The position numbers were made by a program, and so were the translations under genes. A stretch of DNA of 64,000 nucleotides from an uncultured Gemmatimonadales bacterium. Lineage in GTDB: Bacteria > Gemmatimonadota > Gemmatimonadetes > Gemmatimonadales > GWC2-71-9. Below, piece by piece: positions 1-8,858 of the stretch (positions within the stretch are counted from its first letter, which is position 1; every line of letters starts with the position of its first letter). The notes below the pieces were generated by a model. It saw nothing but the letters and a program-made list of their open reading frames with translations, did not search any database and was not told the origin of the DNA. Location: contig CAVOGR010000002.1 in NCBI GenBank assembly GCA_963695555.1, positions 160,001 through 224,000 of the forward strand, written 5' to 3'.

Positions 1-2
1 AC

Positions 3-893
3 GCCGAGGGTCACCGATTGCACGAGGCCGGTTGCGATGTCGGCACCTGCCTCGGTGAGGGCGTGCCGGAACAGGAAGACCGGGTTGGTGCTGCCCATCT
101 CGGCAAAGACCGGGATCGGAACGGGCCGGGCCGCCGCAATGTCAAACAACGCCCTGCCGCCTGCGAACGATCCGGTAAACCCAACCGCGCGGGCCTCGCC
201 ATGCGCCACCAAGGCCTCGCCCACCCGGTTTGCCTTCCCGTGCAGCAACGAGAAGGTGCCTTCCGGAAGATTGGAGTCTCGCACTGCGTCCACCAGCGCT
301 CCTGCAACCAGCTCGGACGTTCCGGGGTGGTTCGGGTGCGCCTTGACGACCACCGGGCACCCGGCGGCCAGCGCGGAGGCCGTATCACCGCCGGCCACCG
401 AGAAGGCGAGTGGGAAATTGCTCGCGCCAAATACGACGACCGGCCCCACCGCGCGTTGCATGGAGCGGACGTCGGGCTTGGGAATCGGCGTCCGTTCCCG
501 GGCCGCGTGATCGATCCGAAGGTCGAGGTAACTTCCTTCACGCACCAGCTCTGCGAACAGGCGGAGCTGGCCGCACGTCCTGCCCCGCTCACCCTCCAAT
601 CGAGCGATCGGCAGCCCGGTTTCGGCGGCCGCTCGACTCAGCAACGTCTCACCCAGCGCTTCGATGGCCGCGGCCGCGCGGTCGAGCAGGTCGCCCCGCT
701 GCACTCGCCCGGCACTCTCGAGACCGGGATGGGCCAGAGCCGCGAGGCGCATGGCGGCATCGACCTCCGACGGTGTGGCGTCACGAAATTCCGGCGCAAG
801 CACCTCACCCGTGACCGGGTTCACCGCCGTGAACACCGGGCCGCCTTCCTGTGAGGTCGACATGCCGATGAGATGGCGTCCCGTCAATGTCAT
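3..893 (-). CDS. lhpG: Alpha-ketoglutaric semialdehyde (2,5-dioxopentanoate) dehydrogenase; 3' end runs off the window
   Basis: Not in the ORF track. Manual translation from ATG 893 gives MTLTGRHLIG...GPVVVFGASNFPLAFSVAGGDTASALAAGCPVVVKAHPNHPGTS...GFTGS...FAEMGSTNP, the KGSADH-type ALDH signature. Follows the deaminase in the Hyp operon. Confidence 0.9.
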   Translation of the reverse strand, partial: MTLTGRHLIGMSTSQEGGPVFTAVNPVTGEVLAPEFRDATPSEVDAAMRLAALAHPGLESAGRVQRGDLLDRAAAAIEALGETLLSRAAAETGLPIARLEGERGRTCGQLRLFAELVREGSYLDLRIDHAARERTPIPKPDVRSMQRAVGPVVVFGASNFPLAFSVAGGDTASALAAGCPVVVKAHPNHPGTSELVAGALVDAVRDSNLPEGTFSLLHGKANRVGEALVAHGEARAVGFTGSFAGGRALFDIAAARPVPIPVFAEMGSTNPVFLFRHALTEAGADIATGLVQSVTLG

Positions 894-913
894 GTCTCGT
901 TTTCTCCCGTGAA

Positions 914-1804
914 TCATTCCGGGCGGGTTTCGAGCGCCGCCCGGATCGTGGCCAAAGCCGCTTGTCGGGCCGCACCCGTAACGGGGCGCCTGGGAAGACG
1001 AACGCGCTCGCTCCCCATGCCGACCTCACTCTGCACCAGCTTGATTAATTGAACGAACTCGGGCACCGTATCCATTCGGAGCAGCGGCAGGAACCAGCGA
1101 TACAAGGCGAACGCCTGGTCGTGGTTGCCCTCTCGGGCTAACTGGAACAGCCGCATCGATTCCGCCGGGAGGGCATTCACCAACCCGGCAACCCAACCGC
1201 ATGCTCCCATGGCGATGCCTTCGACGATCACATCGTCGAGACCAACGGCAACGGTCAGGCGCTCCCCGGCCAGGGCTCGAATGGCGGTGATCCGTCGAAC
1301 GTCGCCACTGGATTCCTTCACCGCGATCAAGTTCCGGTGCCGACGGCTCAAGTCCATGATCTGCTCCGGGGTGACGTCGATCCCGTACGCGGTCGGATTG
1401 TTGTAGAGCATGCACGGCAGTTCGGTGGCGTCCAACAGAGCCTCGAAGTGCGGGCCGACCTCGTCCCACCCACCTTTGTGCACGTACGGCGGCAGGACCA
1501 TCAGGCCGCGGCATCCCGCTTCCTCGGCTTTTTGGCATAGCCAGACGGCCGCCTTCGTGCTGGTCGCCGCGATCCCGGGAGCGACGGGGATGTGTCCGTC
1601 CACCGCCGTGACGCACGTGTGCATGAGCGCAACCTTCTCCGCCGCATCCAGCGTCGCTCCCTCACCCAACGACCCACAAGGAACGACGGCCGTGGCACCA
1701 TGGTCAGCCAGCCACCGGACATGGCGTCGCACAAACGCGTGATCGATCGCGCCATCCTCGGTAAATGGCGTGGTGATGGCGGGCATCACTCCTTCCCAAT
1801 TCAT
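914..1804 (-). CDS. lhpC: DHDPS-family Delta1-pyrroline-4-hydroxy-2-carboxylate deaminase
   Basis: MNWEGVMPAITTPF, GSLGE, LYNNP, AVKESSGD motifs. ATG 1804 overlaps the upstream stop. Operon context supports the specific call. Confidence 0.88.
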   Translation of the reverse strand: MNWEGVMPAITTPFTEDGAIDHAFVRRHVRWLADHGATAVVPCGSLGEGATLDAAEKVALMHTCVTAVDGHIPVAPGIAATSTKAAVWLCQKAEEAGCRGLMVLPPYVHKGGWDEVGPHFEALLDATELPCMLYNNPTAYGIDVTPEQIMDLSRRHRNLIAVKESSGDVRRITAIRALAGERLTVAVGLDDVIVEGIAMGACGWVAGLVNALPAESMRLFQLAREGNHDQAFALYRWFLPLLRMDTVPEFVQLIKLVQSEVGMGSERVRLPRRPVTGAARQAALATIRAALETRPE

Positions 1805-3087
1805 GACGCGGGCTCCTCCTGTCGATGCCGTACTGCACCCACTTCGGCCAGTACGTCCATGGTAACCGGAATGAGAGGCGGCCGCACTCGGCTCCGAGGC
1901 CACCCCTTGAGAAATTGGAGGGCCGCGCCACACACCCGTCCCTGACATGGCCCCATACCGGCGCGGGTCTGGAGCTTAGCATCCCGTTCGTCCTCGCGGG
2001 AGACGAGCGCGCTCCACGCGACGTCTTCGCAGCGGCAGACGATGGTGTCGGTCGTCGGCAGCGCGCGCAATTCGTCACGGAGAGCGAAGGTCCGTTCGAG
2101 CGCCGCCCCAAAGCGGCGTTCCCGATCGCGCCACCGACATGCGGTGCGTGCCAAGTCCTCGCGTCCGGCGGCCATGTGGCCGGCTACGACACCCTCGGCG
2201 CGTGCGCAATCGGCCCCCGCGATCCCCGTCGACTCGCCGGCGCACAGAACCCCCTCAATATTGGTCCGCTGGAACCCATCGACCCGTACTCGAGCATCCG
2301 CGAGGTCGCAGCCGAGGAGCGCGGCCAAGCCGGTAACCGGTGCGAAGCCGAAGGCACACGCGACGTAGTCGACCTCGAGAGCCACTTCGCGGCCGGCAAC
2401 CGACAGCACCAGGCGCTCGACTTGCTCCCGGCCTTCGGCACGAATGGGCCACGCATCGTAATAGCGGGGCACCCGGAAGAGGGAGCCCGAGAGGCGCGCG
2501 GCTTGAATCAGCTTCGCCGGATGGCGCCAGAGCCCGCGACCGAACCGCACGACATCATCCTTCGGCGCCTGCTCGAACACGCCGAGAACCTTGGCGCCGC
2601 GCCGCTCGAGCCAGGCCGCGACGGCAAGGAGCAGCGGTCCGCTGCCGGCGACGGCGATGCGCCGATTCGAGACATCCAGCCCGTTCTTCCCCAGCGCCTG
2701 CAGGCCGCCGACGCCGAAGACGCCCGGGAGAGTCCAGCCAGGAAATGGCAACTGGCGCTCCGTTGCGCCGAGGGCAAGGACGACACGCTTTGTCCGAAGG
2801 GCGAGCGGGCCATGATCGTTGACGGCAAACAGGGTCCGCCCTCCGGCTGCGTCGAACACCGTTGTGTCGGAGAGGAATCGAGCTCCGTGGCTCAGTGCCA
2901 GCGTGACCAACTCCCCGGCTTCGCTCCGCACGCCGAGATTACGTTCGGCACGCCAAATCTGGCCGCCGGGTCTCGGGTTCTCGTCGACGACGAGGACGTC
3001 CGCACCGTCGGCGGCGGCGGCGGCAGCTGCTGCCAGCCCGGCCGGTCCAGCCCCAATCACCAGCACCTCCGAGCCAATCTCATGCAT
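1801..3087 (-). CDS. lhpE: D-hydroxyproline dehydrogenase alpha subunit (FAD-dependent, HcnB/OoxA-like)
   Basis: GAGPAG FAD motif, ATERQLPFPGWTLPGV, C-terminal CRCEDV...GMGPCQGRVCG (BFD-like 2Fe-2S). Confidence 0.82.
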   Translation of the reverse strand: MHEIGSEVLVIGAGPAGLAAAAAAAADGADVLVVDENPRPGGQIWRAERNLGVRSEAGELVTLALSHGARFLSDTTVFDAAGGRTLFAVNDHGPLALRTKRVVLALGATERQLPFPGWTLPGVFGVGGLQALGKNGLDVSNRRIAVAGSGPLLLAVAAWLERRGAKVLGVFEQAPKDDVVRFGRGLWRHPAKLIQAARLSGSLFRVPRYYDAWPIRAEGREQVERLVLSVAGREVALEVDYVACAFGFAPVTGLAALLGCDLADARVRVDGFQRTNIEGVLCAGESTGIAGADCARAEGVVAGHMAAGREDLARTACRWRDRERRFGAALERTFALRDELRALPTTDTIVCRCEDVAWSALVSREDERDAKLQTRAGMGPCQGRVCGAALQFLKGWPRSRVRPPLIPVTMDVLAEVGAVRHRQEEPAS

Positions 3088-3331
3088 GTTCCGTCACCAC
3101 CTCCATCCCCTCGACGCAGGCGACCATGCATGACCGCGTATGCGGTGCGCCGTCGATCGTCACCCGGCATTCGAAGCAGGTCCCCATGCCGCACACCGGT
3201 CCGCGAGGCGCGCCGGTGACCGAGCGGCGCATGGCCAGCCGGCCAGCGTTACCCAGTGCGGCCGCGACACTGGTGCCGGCCGGCACGTCGATCGCGATGC
3301 CGTCGACGACGATGCGGACGGTGTCAGCCAC
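3080..3331 (-). CDS. lhpF: D-hydroxyproline dehydrogenase gamma subunit (2Fe-2S, HcnA-like)
   Basis: CGMGTCFECRVTIDG...RSC motif. GTG 3331 overlaps the upstream stop. Confidence 0.82.
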   Translation of the reverse strand: MADTVRIVVDGIAIDVPAGTSVAAALGNAGRLAMRRSVTGAPRGPVCGMGTCFECRVTIDGAPHTRSCMVACVEGMEVVTEHA

Positions 3332-4460
3332 GAGCCCCTTCCGGGGCCAGCCGTTCGGGGAGAAAGGGCGCCGGGTCGATCGGCGATGCCATGCCAAGGA
3401 CGTGGTCGGCAATCAGCCGCCCGGTACCGAGCGATGTCGTGATGCCCACGCCTTCGTGTCCGGTTGCGATCAAGAGCCGCGGCCGGCCGGGAACCGGGCC
3501 GATCACGGGCAGATTGTGATCGGTTGACGGCCGGAAGCCTACCCACGTCCGGATTACCTGCAGGTCCACGATCCTCGGAAGAAAGACGCTCGCCCGGGCG
3601 ATCATCCGAGAGATGATGTCCATTTCCACCATCGGGTCTTCGTTGTCGATCTGGCGTGAGGATCCCACCAACACCTGGCCCGTCGCACGCGGTTGAACAT
3701 TGAACGCCACGGAGCTCCCAAGCGATCCGTGCGCGCTCTTCAGATAGCCCAGCTCGATGAGCTGGTGACGGAGAAAATCGGGAGCCCGCGACGTGATGGC
3801 GAGATGGCCCTTCTTGGGGCGCACCCGAAGGTGCGTGAGCGGAGGGTCGAGCAACCCTGGCGTGGCCAGACCGGCGGCGACGACCACGACTCCTGCTTCG
3901 AGGCGTGTTCCATCATCCGTCACCACGAAGCCATCGCCGACGGCTCGTGCGGACATGTGGTGCTCGATGACCGCGCCGTGCTCCCGCGCACGCGCGAGCA
4001 GGTGCGCCGTGGCAGCGGGCGGATACACCACGCTGTCATCCGGCAACCGGAGCCCACCCGCCAGATCTGCCCGGAGATGGGGTTCGGCATCATGGAGTTG
4101 CGCTGGATCGAGAATGTCGGCACGCATGTCGTGCTCGGTGAACCACGCAGCCTTTCGCCGAACAACGGCCATCTCATCATCATCGCTTGCAACCCAGATT
4201 GCTCCACACGGCAACCACTCAACCGCCGCGGGCCATTCACCGGAGCGCTCAGCCCACAAGTCTCGACTCAGCCTCGTCAGGGCCAACTGCGCGTCCGAAT
4301 CGTCGAGCACCAAGATGTGACCCATGCCCGCAGAGGTGGTGCCACCGCCTGGATACCCGCGCTCGAGGATCCGCACCCGGAGCCCCCCAGCCGCCAGCGC
4401 TTCCGCGCATGCCGCCCCGACGATGCCTGCCCCGACCACGATGGCGTCGACCACGTTCAT
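3324..4460 (-). CDS. lhpB: D-hydroxyproline dehydrogenase beta subunit (DAO-family FAD oxidoreductase)
   Basis: GAGIVG, TSAGMGH, ELGYLKSAH, FNVQPRATGQVLVGSSRQ, GHEGVGIT motifs. Confidence 0.85.
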   Translation of the reverse strand: MNVVDAIVVGAGIVGAACAEALAAGGLRVRILERGYPGGGTTSAGMGHILVLDDSDAQLALTRLSRDLWAERSGEWPAAVEWLPCGAIWVASDDDEMAVVRRKAAWFTEHDMRADILDPAQLHDAEPHLRADLAGGLRLPDDSVVYPPAATAHLLARAREHGAVIEHHMSARAVGDGFVVTDDGTRLEAGVVVVAAGLATPGLLDPPLTHLRVRPKKGHLAITSRAPDFLRHQLIELGYLKSAHGSLGSSVAFNVQPRATGQVLVGSSRQIDNEDPMVEMDIISRMIARASVFLPRIVDLQVIRTWVGFRPSTDHNLPVIGPVPGRPRLLIATGHEGVGITTSLGTGRLIADHVLGMASPIDPAPFLPERLAPEGARG

Positions 4461-5395
4461 GCGCGAATTCCGTCGCGGAAGGGATCGTCAGCCTGGAATA
4501 GGAGCGTGCTCTCGGCCGTGATCCACGCCCGACCCGCGACGGTGGGGATGACACCGCGGGCCGTCCGCTCAATTGATCCCACAAAACAGGTTCCGAGAAT
4601 ACTCTCCTGGCGCCACAGCTCACCCTCGGCCAGGACTCCGTCCGCCGCCAGGCACGCCATCTTGGCACTGGTGCCGGTGCCGCATGGCGATCGATCGAAT
4701 GCCAGCCCGGGACAGAGGACGAAGTTCCGGCTGTCGGTATCGGCCCGCGTCGGAGGGCCAAGCAGCTCGATGTGATCGATCTCGCCGCCATCCGCGCCGG
4801 TGATGGCCCAACGGGCCAGTGAGCGGCGCACGTCGGACGCGCAGCGAGTCAGACGAGGGAGATCCGGTTGGGTCAGATCCTGGCCATGATCTTCCGTCAA
4901 GAAGAACCAGTTGCCGCCCCAGGCGATGTCGCCGCTCACCCGGCCGTGGGACTCCGTTTCCACGACGACGGCCTTCGCATGCCGGAACGACTCCACGTTC
5001 CGCACCGCGATGGAGCCATCGGCGCGAATCTCCGCCGCGACGTCGCCCACCGGGGTTTCGAGCAGGTGCGACCCACGACCGATGCGGCCCAGATGCCGGA
5101 GCGTTTCCACGACACCGATGGTGCCGTGCACGCACATCCCCAGGTAGCCGACGTTATTGAAGAAGATCACTTGTGCCGATGCGGCTTTCGATTTCGGCTC
5201 GAGCAAGATCGCGCCGACCACGGCGTCATAGCCACGCGGCTCAGTGATCACCGCGGAGCGCATCCGATCCGATCGGTCACGAAGGACTTGAAGCCGCTGT
5301 GCAGCGGAGCCGGGCCCAAGGTCGGGCGCGCCCTCGATGATCACGCGTGTGGGTTCACCTTCTGTGTGGGAATCGATGACCCGGACTTGTTGCAT
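4457..5395 (-). CDS. lhpA: 4-hydroxyproline 2-epimerase (proline racemase family)
   Basis: IDSHTEGEPTR, MCVHG and DRSPCGTGTSAK; both catalytic Cys present. Confidence 0.9.
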   Translation of the reverse strand: MQQVRVIDSHTEGEPTRVIIEGAPDLGPGSAAQRLQVLRDRSDRMRSAVITEPRGYDAVVGAILLEPKSKAASAQVIFFNNVGYLGMCVHGTIGVVETLRHLGRIGRGSHLLETPVGDVAAEIRADGSIAVRNVESFRHAKAVVVETESHGRVSGDIAWGGNWFFLTEDHGQDLTQPDLPRLTRCASDVRRSLARWAITGADGGEIDHIELLGPPTRADTDSRNFVLCPGLAFDRSPCGTGTSAKMACLAADGVLAEGELWRQESILGTCFVGSIERTARGVIPTVAGRAWITAESTLLFQADDPFRDGIRA

Positions 5396-5406
5396 GGCAC
5401 TATCCC

Positions 5407-5973
5407 CTAAAAAGCTCGGCTCGAATCCGACAGGAGAAGGAACTCGCACGGTTCCGTTCCACCGTTCTCGTACTCGGTCGTGACCTGTGGACCGTAGGTG
5501 ACGCTGTCGCCCTTCGACAGCGAATGCCTTTCCTGGCCCAGTCGGAGTGTCAGCGTTCCTCGAATGACCGTGACGTGCTCGAGTATTCCCGGCCGGTTGG
5601 GAGCCATCTCACCGGCGCTCGCACCGACGGGGATGACATACCAGACTACTTCCAGCCCTCGCTTCAGGAGTTCGGTCGATAGGCCATGGCGATGGACGGA
5701 GGTTTCCGGATCGACGAGGGTGCGGCGCTCGGCGGCGCGCACGAGGGCAACCGGGGGGCGCGGCGAGTCATCCAGCAAGTCCGTGAGGGAGCACCGAAGC
5801 GCTAAGGCAATCTGATACGCGAGCCGGACGGTCGGGTTCTTCATCCCCCGCTCGACCTCGGACAGCATGGTCGTGCTGACCCCGCTCTGATCGGCGAGGG
5901 TCTCGAGCGTCATGCCGAGTGCAAGGCGGTGACGCCGAACGCTGGGGCCGAGATCGCCAGGGTGCGATGCCAT
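5407..5973 (-). CDS. XRE-family HTH regulator with C-terminal cupin
   Basis: TLETLADQSGVSTTMLSEVERGMKNPT HTH followed by a cupin domain. Ends 11 bp before the epimerase start. Confidence 0.9.
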   Translation of the reverse strand: MASHPGDLGPSVRRHRLALGMTLETLADQSGVSTTMLSEVERGMKNPTVRLAYQIALALRCSLTDLLDDSPRPPVALVRAAERRTLVDPETSVHRHGLSTELLKRGLEVVWYVIPVGASAGEMAPNRPGILEHVTVIRGTLTLRLGQERHSLSKGDSVTYGPQVTTEYENGGTEPCEFLLLSDSSRAF

Positions 5974-5974
5974 G

Positions 5975-6001
5975 GCGAAATAAGTTACGCTATAGCGAAA
6001 T
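5975..6001. promoter_or_regulatory. Palindromic operator overlapping the promoter of the XRE/hydroxyproline operon
   Basis: TTaCGCTATAGCGaAA (5985-6000) with a perfect core CGCTATAGCG. Minus-strand -10-like TAACTT at 5982-5987. Confidence 0.55.
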
Positions 6002-6077
6002 CACCCGCAACCCGCCTACTCTCTTAGGAGGTTGGCTGTTCCTTCAGGGTAGCGCCAGCGGGTGGAGGGCGCTTCGG

Positions 6078-6278
6078 TCAGTCGTGATGCTCGGCGGGTC
6101 GCAGGTGCTCGGCCCCAGGGAGCATGCCCACGAGACGAGCGGGGTCATGGATCAAAATCGGGAGGTGCTGCGGACAGATCCACAGCCGAGAACCCCGGTA
6201 CTCCAAAGGAATGAGCGGCGTCACCGTCGTGTCCTGTTGGCAGGCCAAGCAGATCTTCCCGGTCGAAGCGTCAGCCAT
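6078..6278 (-). CDS. Small hypothetical protein, probable Zn-binding (CxxC...CxxH)
   Basis: CLAC and CPQH; GAGG upstream; fills the gap between co-oriented genes. Confidence 0.75.
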   Translation of the reverse strand: MADASTGKICLACQQDTTVTPLIPLEYRGSRLWICPQHLPILIHDPARLVGMLPGAEHLRPAEHHD

Positions 6279-6320
6279 CGGAATCCTCGGGTGGTGGCGG
6301 GGCAGATGCCCGGGTACGGG

Positions 6321-7466
6321 CTATGCGGCGTTCGCGTGAAGCTGGGCCATGGCCCAACGGTACTCATCGACCAGGCCTTCGTAAATCCCATCCCACGACC
6401 GGGCTCGAGCCGTCTCGATGGCGCCTTCGGTCAGTTGTCGACGTAACGCCGAGTCGTGGAGCAGCCGGTCGAGCCCGGCCAACATCGCTTCCGAACTGTC
6501 CGGGGCTACGAGCCAGGCGTTGCGGCCATGGACCGCAAATTCGAGCACCCCGCCGGCGGCCGTGACGATGGAGGGTAGCCCGCTCCCCATCGCCTCGAGC
6601 AAGACATTGCCGAAGGTCTCGGTTGATGACGGAAAGACGAAGAGGTCGGCAGATGCGTAGGCTTCGGAAAGCTCTCTACCGTGCTTGAGGCCTGCCACCC
6701 GGACCCCGGGAATGTTTCGCTGGCGGATGGCCTCTTTTAGCGGACCGTGCCCCACCAAGACCAGCTGTGCGCCTTCGCGCCGCATCCCCAACAACTCCCA
6801 TGCCTCGAGCAACAGGTCCAGGTTTTTTTCTTTGGCAATCCGGCCGATGTAGGTCACCAGTGCGTCGGTCGGACCGACTCCCATCGCTAGGCGATACGCT
6901 TCACTTCGGAATCTCGGATGAAATTCTGCAGGGTTGATCCCGCGGCTCCAGATGCCCGTGTGGAACACACCGCGGCTGTGCAGGTGCTGCTCGTACAGCT
7001 TACTGGGGCAGAGCACTCGTGCCGCGTGGTCATAGAACCACCGCAGGTACGGCCATCCCGCTCTCACAGCCCATTCCATCCCGTAGCGCGACGCGTATTT
7101 CTCGTAATCCGTGTGCGCCGATGCGACGACCGGCACGTCCAGCTTCCGCGCCACCTTGAGACCGGCGAGCCCCATGGCATACTCGGTGGCCACGTGGACG
7201 ACATCCGGCCGGAAGGCTTGAGCGTCACTCAAGAGATCTCGGCCCCGCGGGAAGGCCCACTGAACATCCCGATAGAGGAAGAAGGGAAGACTGGGAGAGC
7301 GGTGGACCTCGGGCCGATCGGCAGAGCCTTCTGGCAGGTCGTACGACGCAGTATAGACCCGCACCTCATGCCCGCGGGCTTGGAGTGCCTCGGTCAGCCT
7401 GAGCAGGGTAACCCCCACTCCGCTCACCATCGGCCAATAGACCTCTGAAAAGACCGCGATTCGCAG
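6321..7466 (-). CDS. GT4 (GT-B) glycosyltransferase, MgtA/PimB-like; probable CTG start
   Basis: LRIAVFSEVYWPMVSGV N-terminus, GRIAKEKN, FPSSTETFGNVLLEAMGSGLP. SD GAAGGAG sits 7 nt before CTG 7466. Confidence 0.88.
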   Translation of the reverse strand: MRIAVFSEVYWPMVSGVGVTLLRLTEALQARGHEVRVYTASYDLPEGSADRPEVHRSPSLPFFLYRDVQWAFPRGRDLLSDAQAFRPDVVHVATEYAMGLAGLKVARKLDVPVVASAHTDYEKYASRYGMEWAVRAGWPYLRWFYDHAARVLCPSKLYEQHLHSRGVFHTGIWSRGINPAEFHPRFRSEAYRLAMGVGPTDALVTYIGRIAKEKNLDLLLEAWELLGMRREGAQLVLVGHGPLKEAIRQRNIPGVRVAGLKHGRELSEAYASADLFVFPSSTETFGNVLLEAMGSGLPSIVTAAGGVLEFAVHGRNAWLVAPDSSEAMLAGLDRLLHDSALRRQLTEGAIETARARSWDGIYEGLVDEYRWAMAQLHANAA

Positions 7467-7625
7467 GTGTTGGCTCCTTCAAGAATCCGTCGGACTGCGC
7501 CTTCCGCCGATCGACCTCCAGTATCATACAAGGTAGCCGGTGACTGTTGATCCAGGGTAGAACGGGGGTAGGATCAGGGAGGCGGATCTCCCGCCTACCC
7601 GTACCGAGACACCACCTGGGGCCCC

Positions 7626-8732
7626 ATGCGCGACCTCCTACAGGACATCGAACGATTCAAGGCGTCCGGCCAGGCGTTCGGCCGAGCCGTGGTCACCACA
7701 GTGTGGGGTTCGGCTCCCAGACCAGCAGGGGCTTGCCTCCTGGCTGATGGACACGGTGCGCTGGCCGGATCGGTCTCAGGCGGGTGCATCGAAGCCGCAA
7801 CCGCGGCGGAAATAGCGGCAGCCATTGACGCAGGACGTCCTCGGCTCGTGGAATTTGGTGTCACGAACGAGCGAGCCTGGGAAGTCGGGCTTGCCTGTGG
7901 CGGTACGATCGAACTGTTGGTGGAGCCGGTCGTCCGAGAGGAGGCCATCGCAGCGGCGATTGGTCCATCGGGCGCGGTTCTGGCAACCGTTCTCGAGAGC
8001 CCTTCCGGCCTAGGGGCAGCGCTGCTGATCGACGAGCACGGCGACGACATGGTACCGCTACCTGCAGCCGGCAACCGAGCGGAGGCGACCGATGGAAGCC
8101 GTGAGTTGCAGGCGCTCGGGCAGGCTCTCATCGGCCCTGCCCTGGAAGCACTCGCGCAGCACGCCAGTCGCACACAACAGTTCACCACTGAAGCTGGTTC
8201 TTCCGTGACGGTGTTCTTTGAGGTGTTTCCGCGGGCGGCCAAGCTGGTGATCTTCGGGGGGGTCCACATCGCGCGGGCGCTCGTTCCCATGGCGCGACTG
8301 CTTGGCTATCGCACCATCGTGGCCGACGGGCGCCAGCCGTTTCTCACCCGCGAGCGATTCCCCGACGCCGACGAACTCATCCTCGGCTGGCCAGCGGAGG
8401 CCTTCGAGCAAGCGGGGCTCGACGCCGCCACTTCGGTGTGCGTGCTGACTCACGATCCCAAATTTGACGACCCCGCCTTGGAGATCGCCCTCCGGTCTCC
8501 GGCCGCCTACGTGGGCGCCATCGGGTCGCGAAAGACCCAGACGGCCCGGCGCCAGCGGTTGAAGTCCGCGGGGTTGTCGGATAAAGAGCTGGACCGTCTC
8601 CACGGCCCGATCGGCTTGGATCTCGGCGGTCGTGAGCCCGCGGAGATCGCCCTCGCTATCCTGGCCGAGATGACCGCCGTGCGGCACGCGTCGTCAAACG
8701 TGCCATCCAGGCCTGGCGCGCGCCGCCCGTGA
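7626..8732 (+). CDS. xdhC: XdhC/CoxI family molybdenum-hydroxylase accessory factor
   Basis: WGSAPRPAG, GSVSGGCIE, GLACGG, THDPKFD, GAIGSR, GPIGLDLGGREPAEIALAILAE. Confidence 0.9.
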   Translation: MRDLLQDIERFKASGQAFGRAVVTTVWGSAPRPAGACLLADGHGALAGSVSGGCIEAATAAEIAAAIDAGRPRLVEFGVTNERAWEVGLACGGTIELLVEPVVREEAIAAAIGPSGAVLATVLESPSGLGAALLIDEHGDDMVPLPAAGNRAEATDGSRELQALGQALIGPALEALAQHASRTQQFTTEAGSSVTVFFEVFPRAAKLVIFGGVHIARALVPMARLLGYRTIVADGRQPFLTRERFPDADELILGWPAEAFEQAGLDAATSVCVLTHDPKFDDPALEIALRSPAAYVGAIGSRKTQTARRQRLKSAGLSDKELDRLHGPIGLDLGGREPAEIALAILAEMTAVRHASSNVPSRPGARRP

Positions 8733-8739
8733 TGCCTGC

Positions 8740-8840
8740 GATGATGGTCGAATTCTCCAGAAGTCATCGGATGGCGCAGCAGCCGCGTTCTTCGTGGGTG
8801 TCGACTTTCCTGGATCGTCGCGCCGGTTTGGCTGCTGGCT
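8740..8840 (+). repeat. Diverged direct repeat, copy 1 (left flank of kinase gene)
   Basis: 8740-8780 matches 10920-10960 at 35/41 nt; patchy similarity (TCGTGG, TTTCC, TTGGCTG) continues beyond. Confidence 0.75.
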
Positions 8841-8858
8841 GGCAGATCCCTGATCCGG

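Noticed and set aside
1801..4460. Hydrogen cyanide synthase hcnABC or opine oxidase
   Set aside because: Homologous subunits, but the flanking Hyp epimerase, deaminase and KGSA dehydrogenase point to D-hydroxyproline dehydrogenase.
7626..8732. Xanthine or CO dehydrogenase cluster
   Set aside because: Only the XdhC accessory gene is present; no catalytic subunits in the window.
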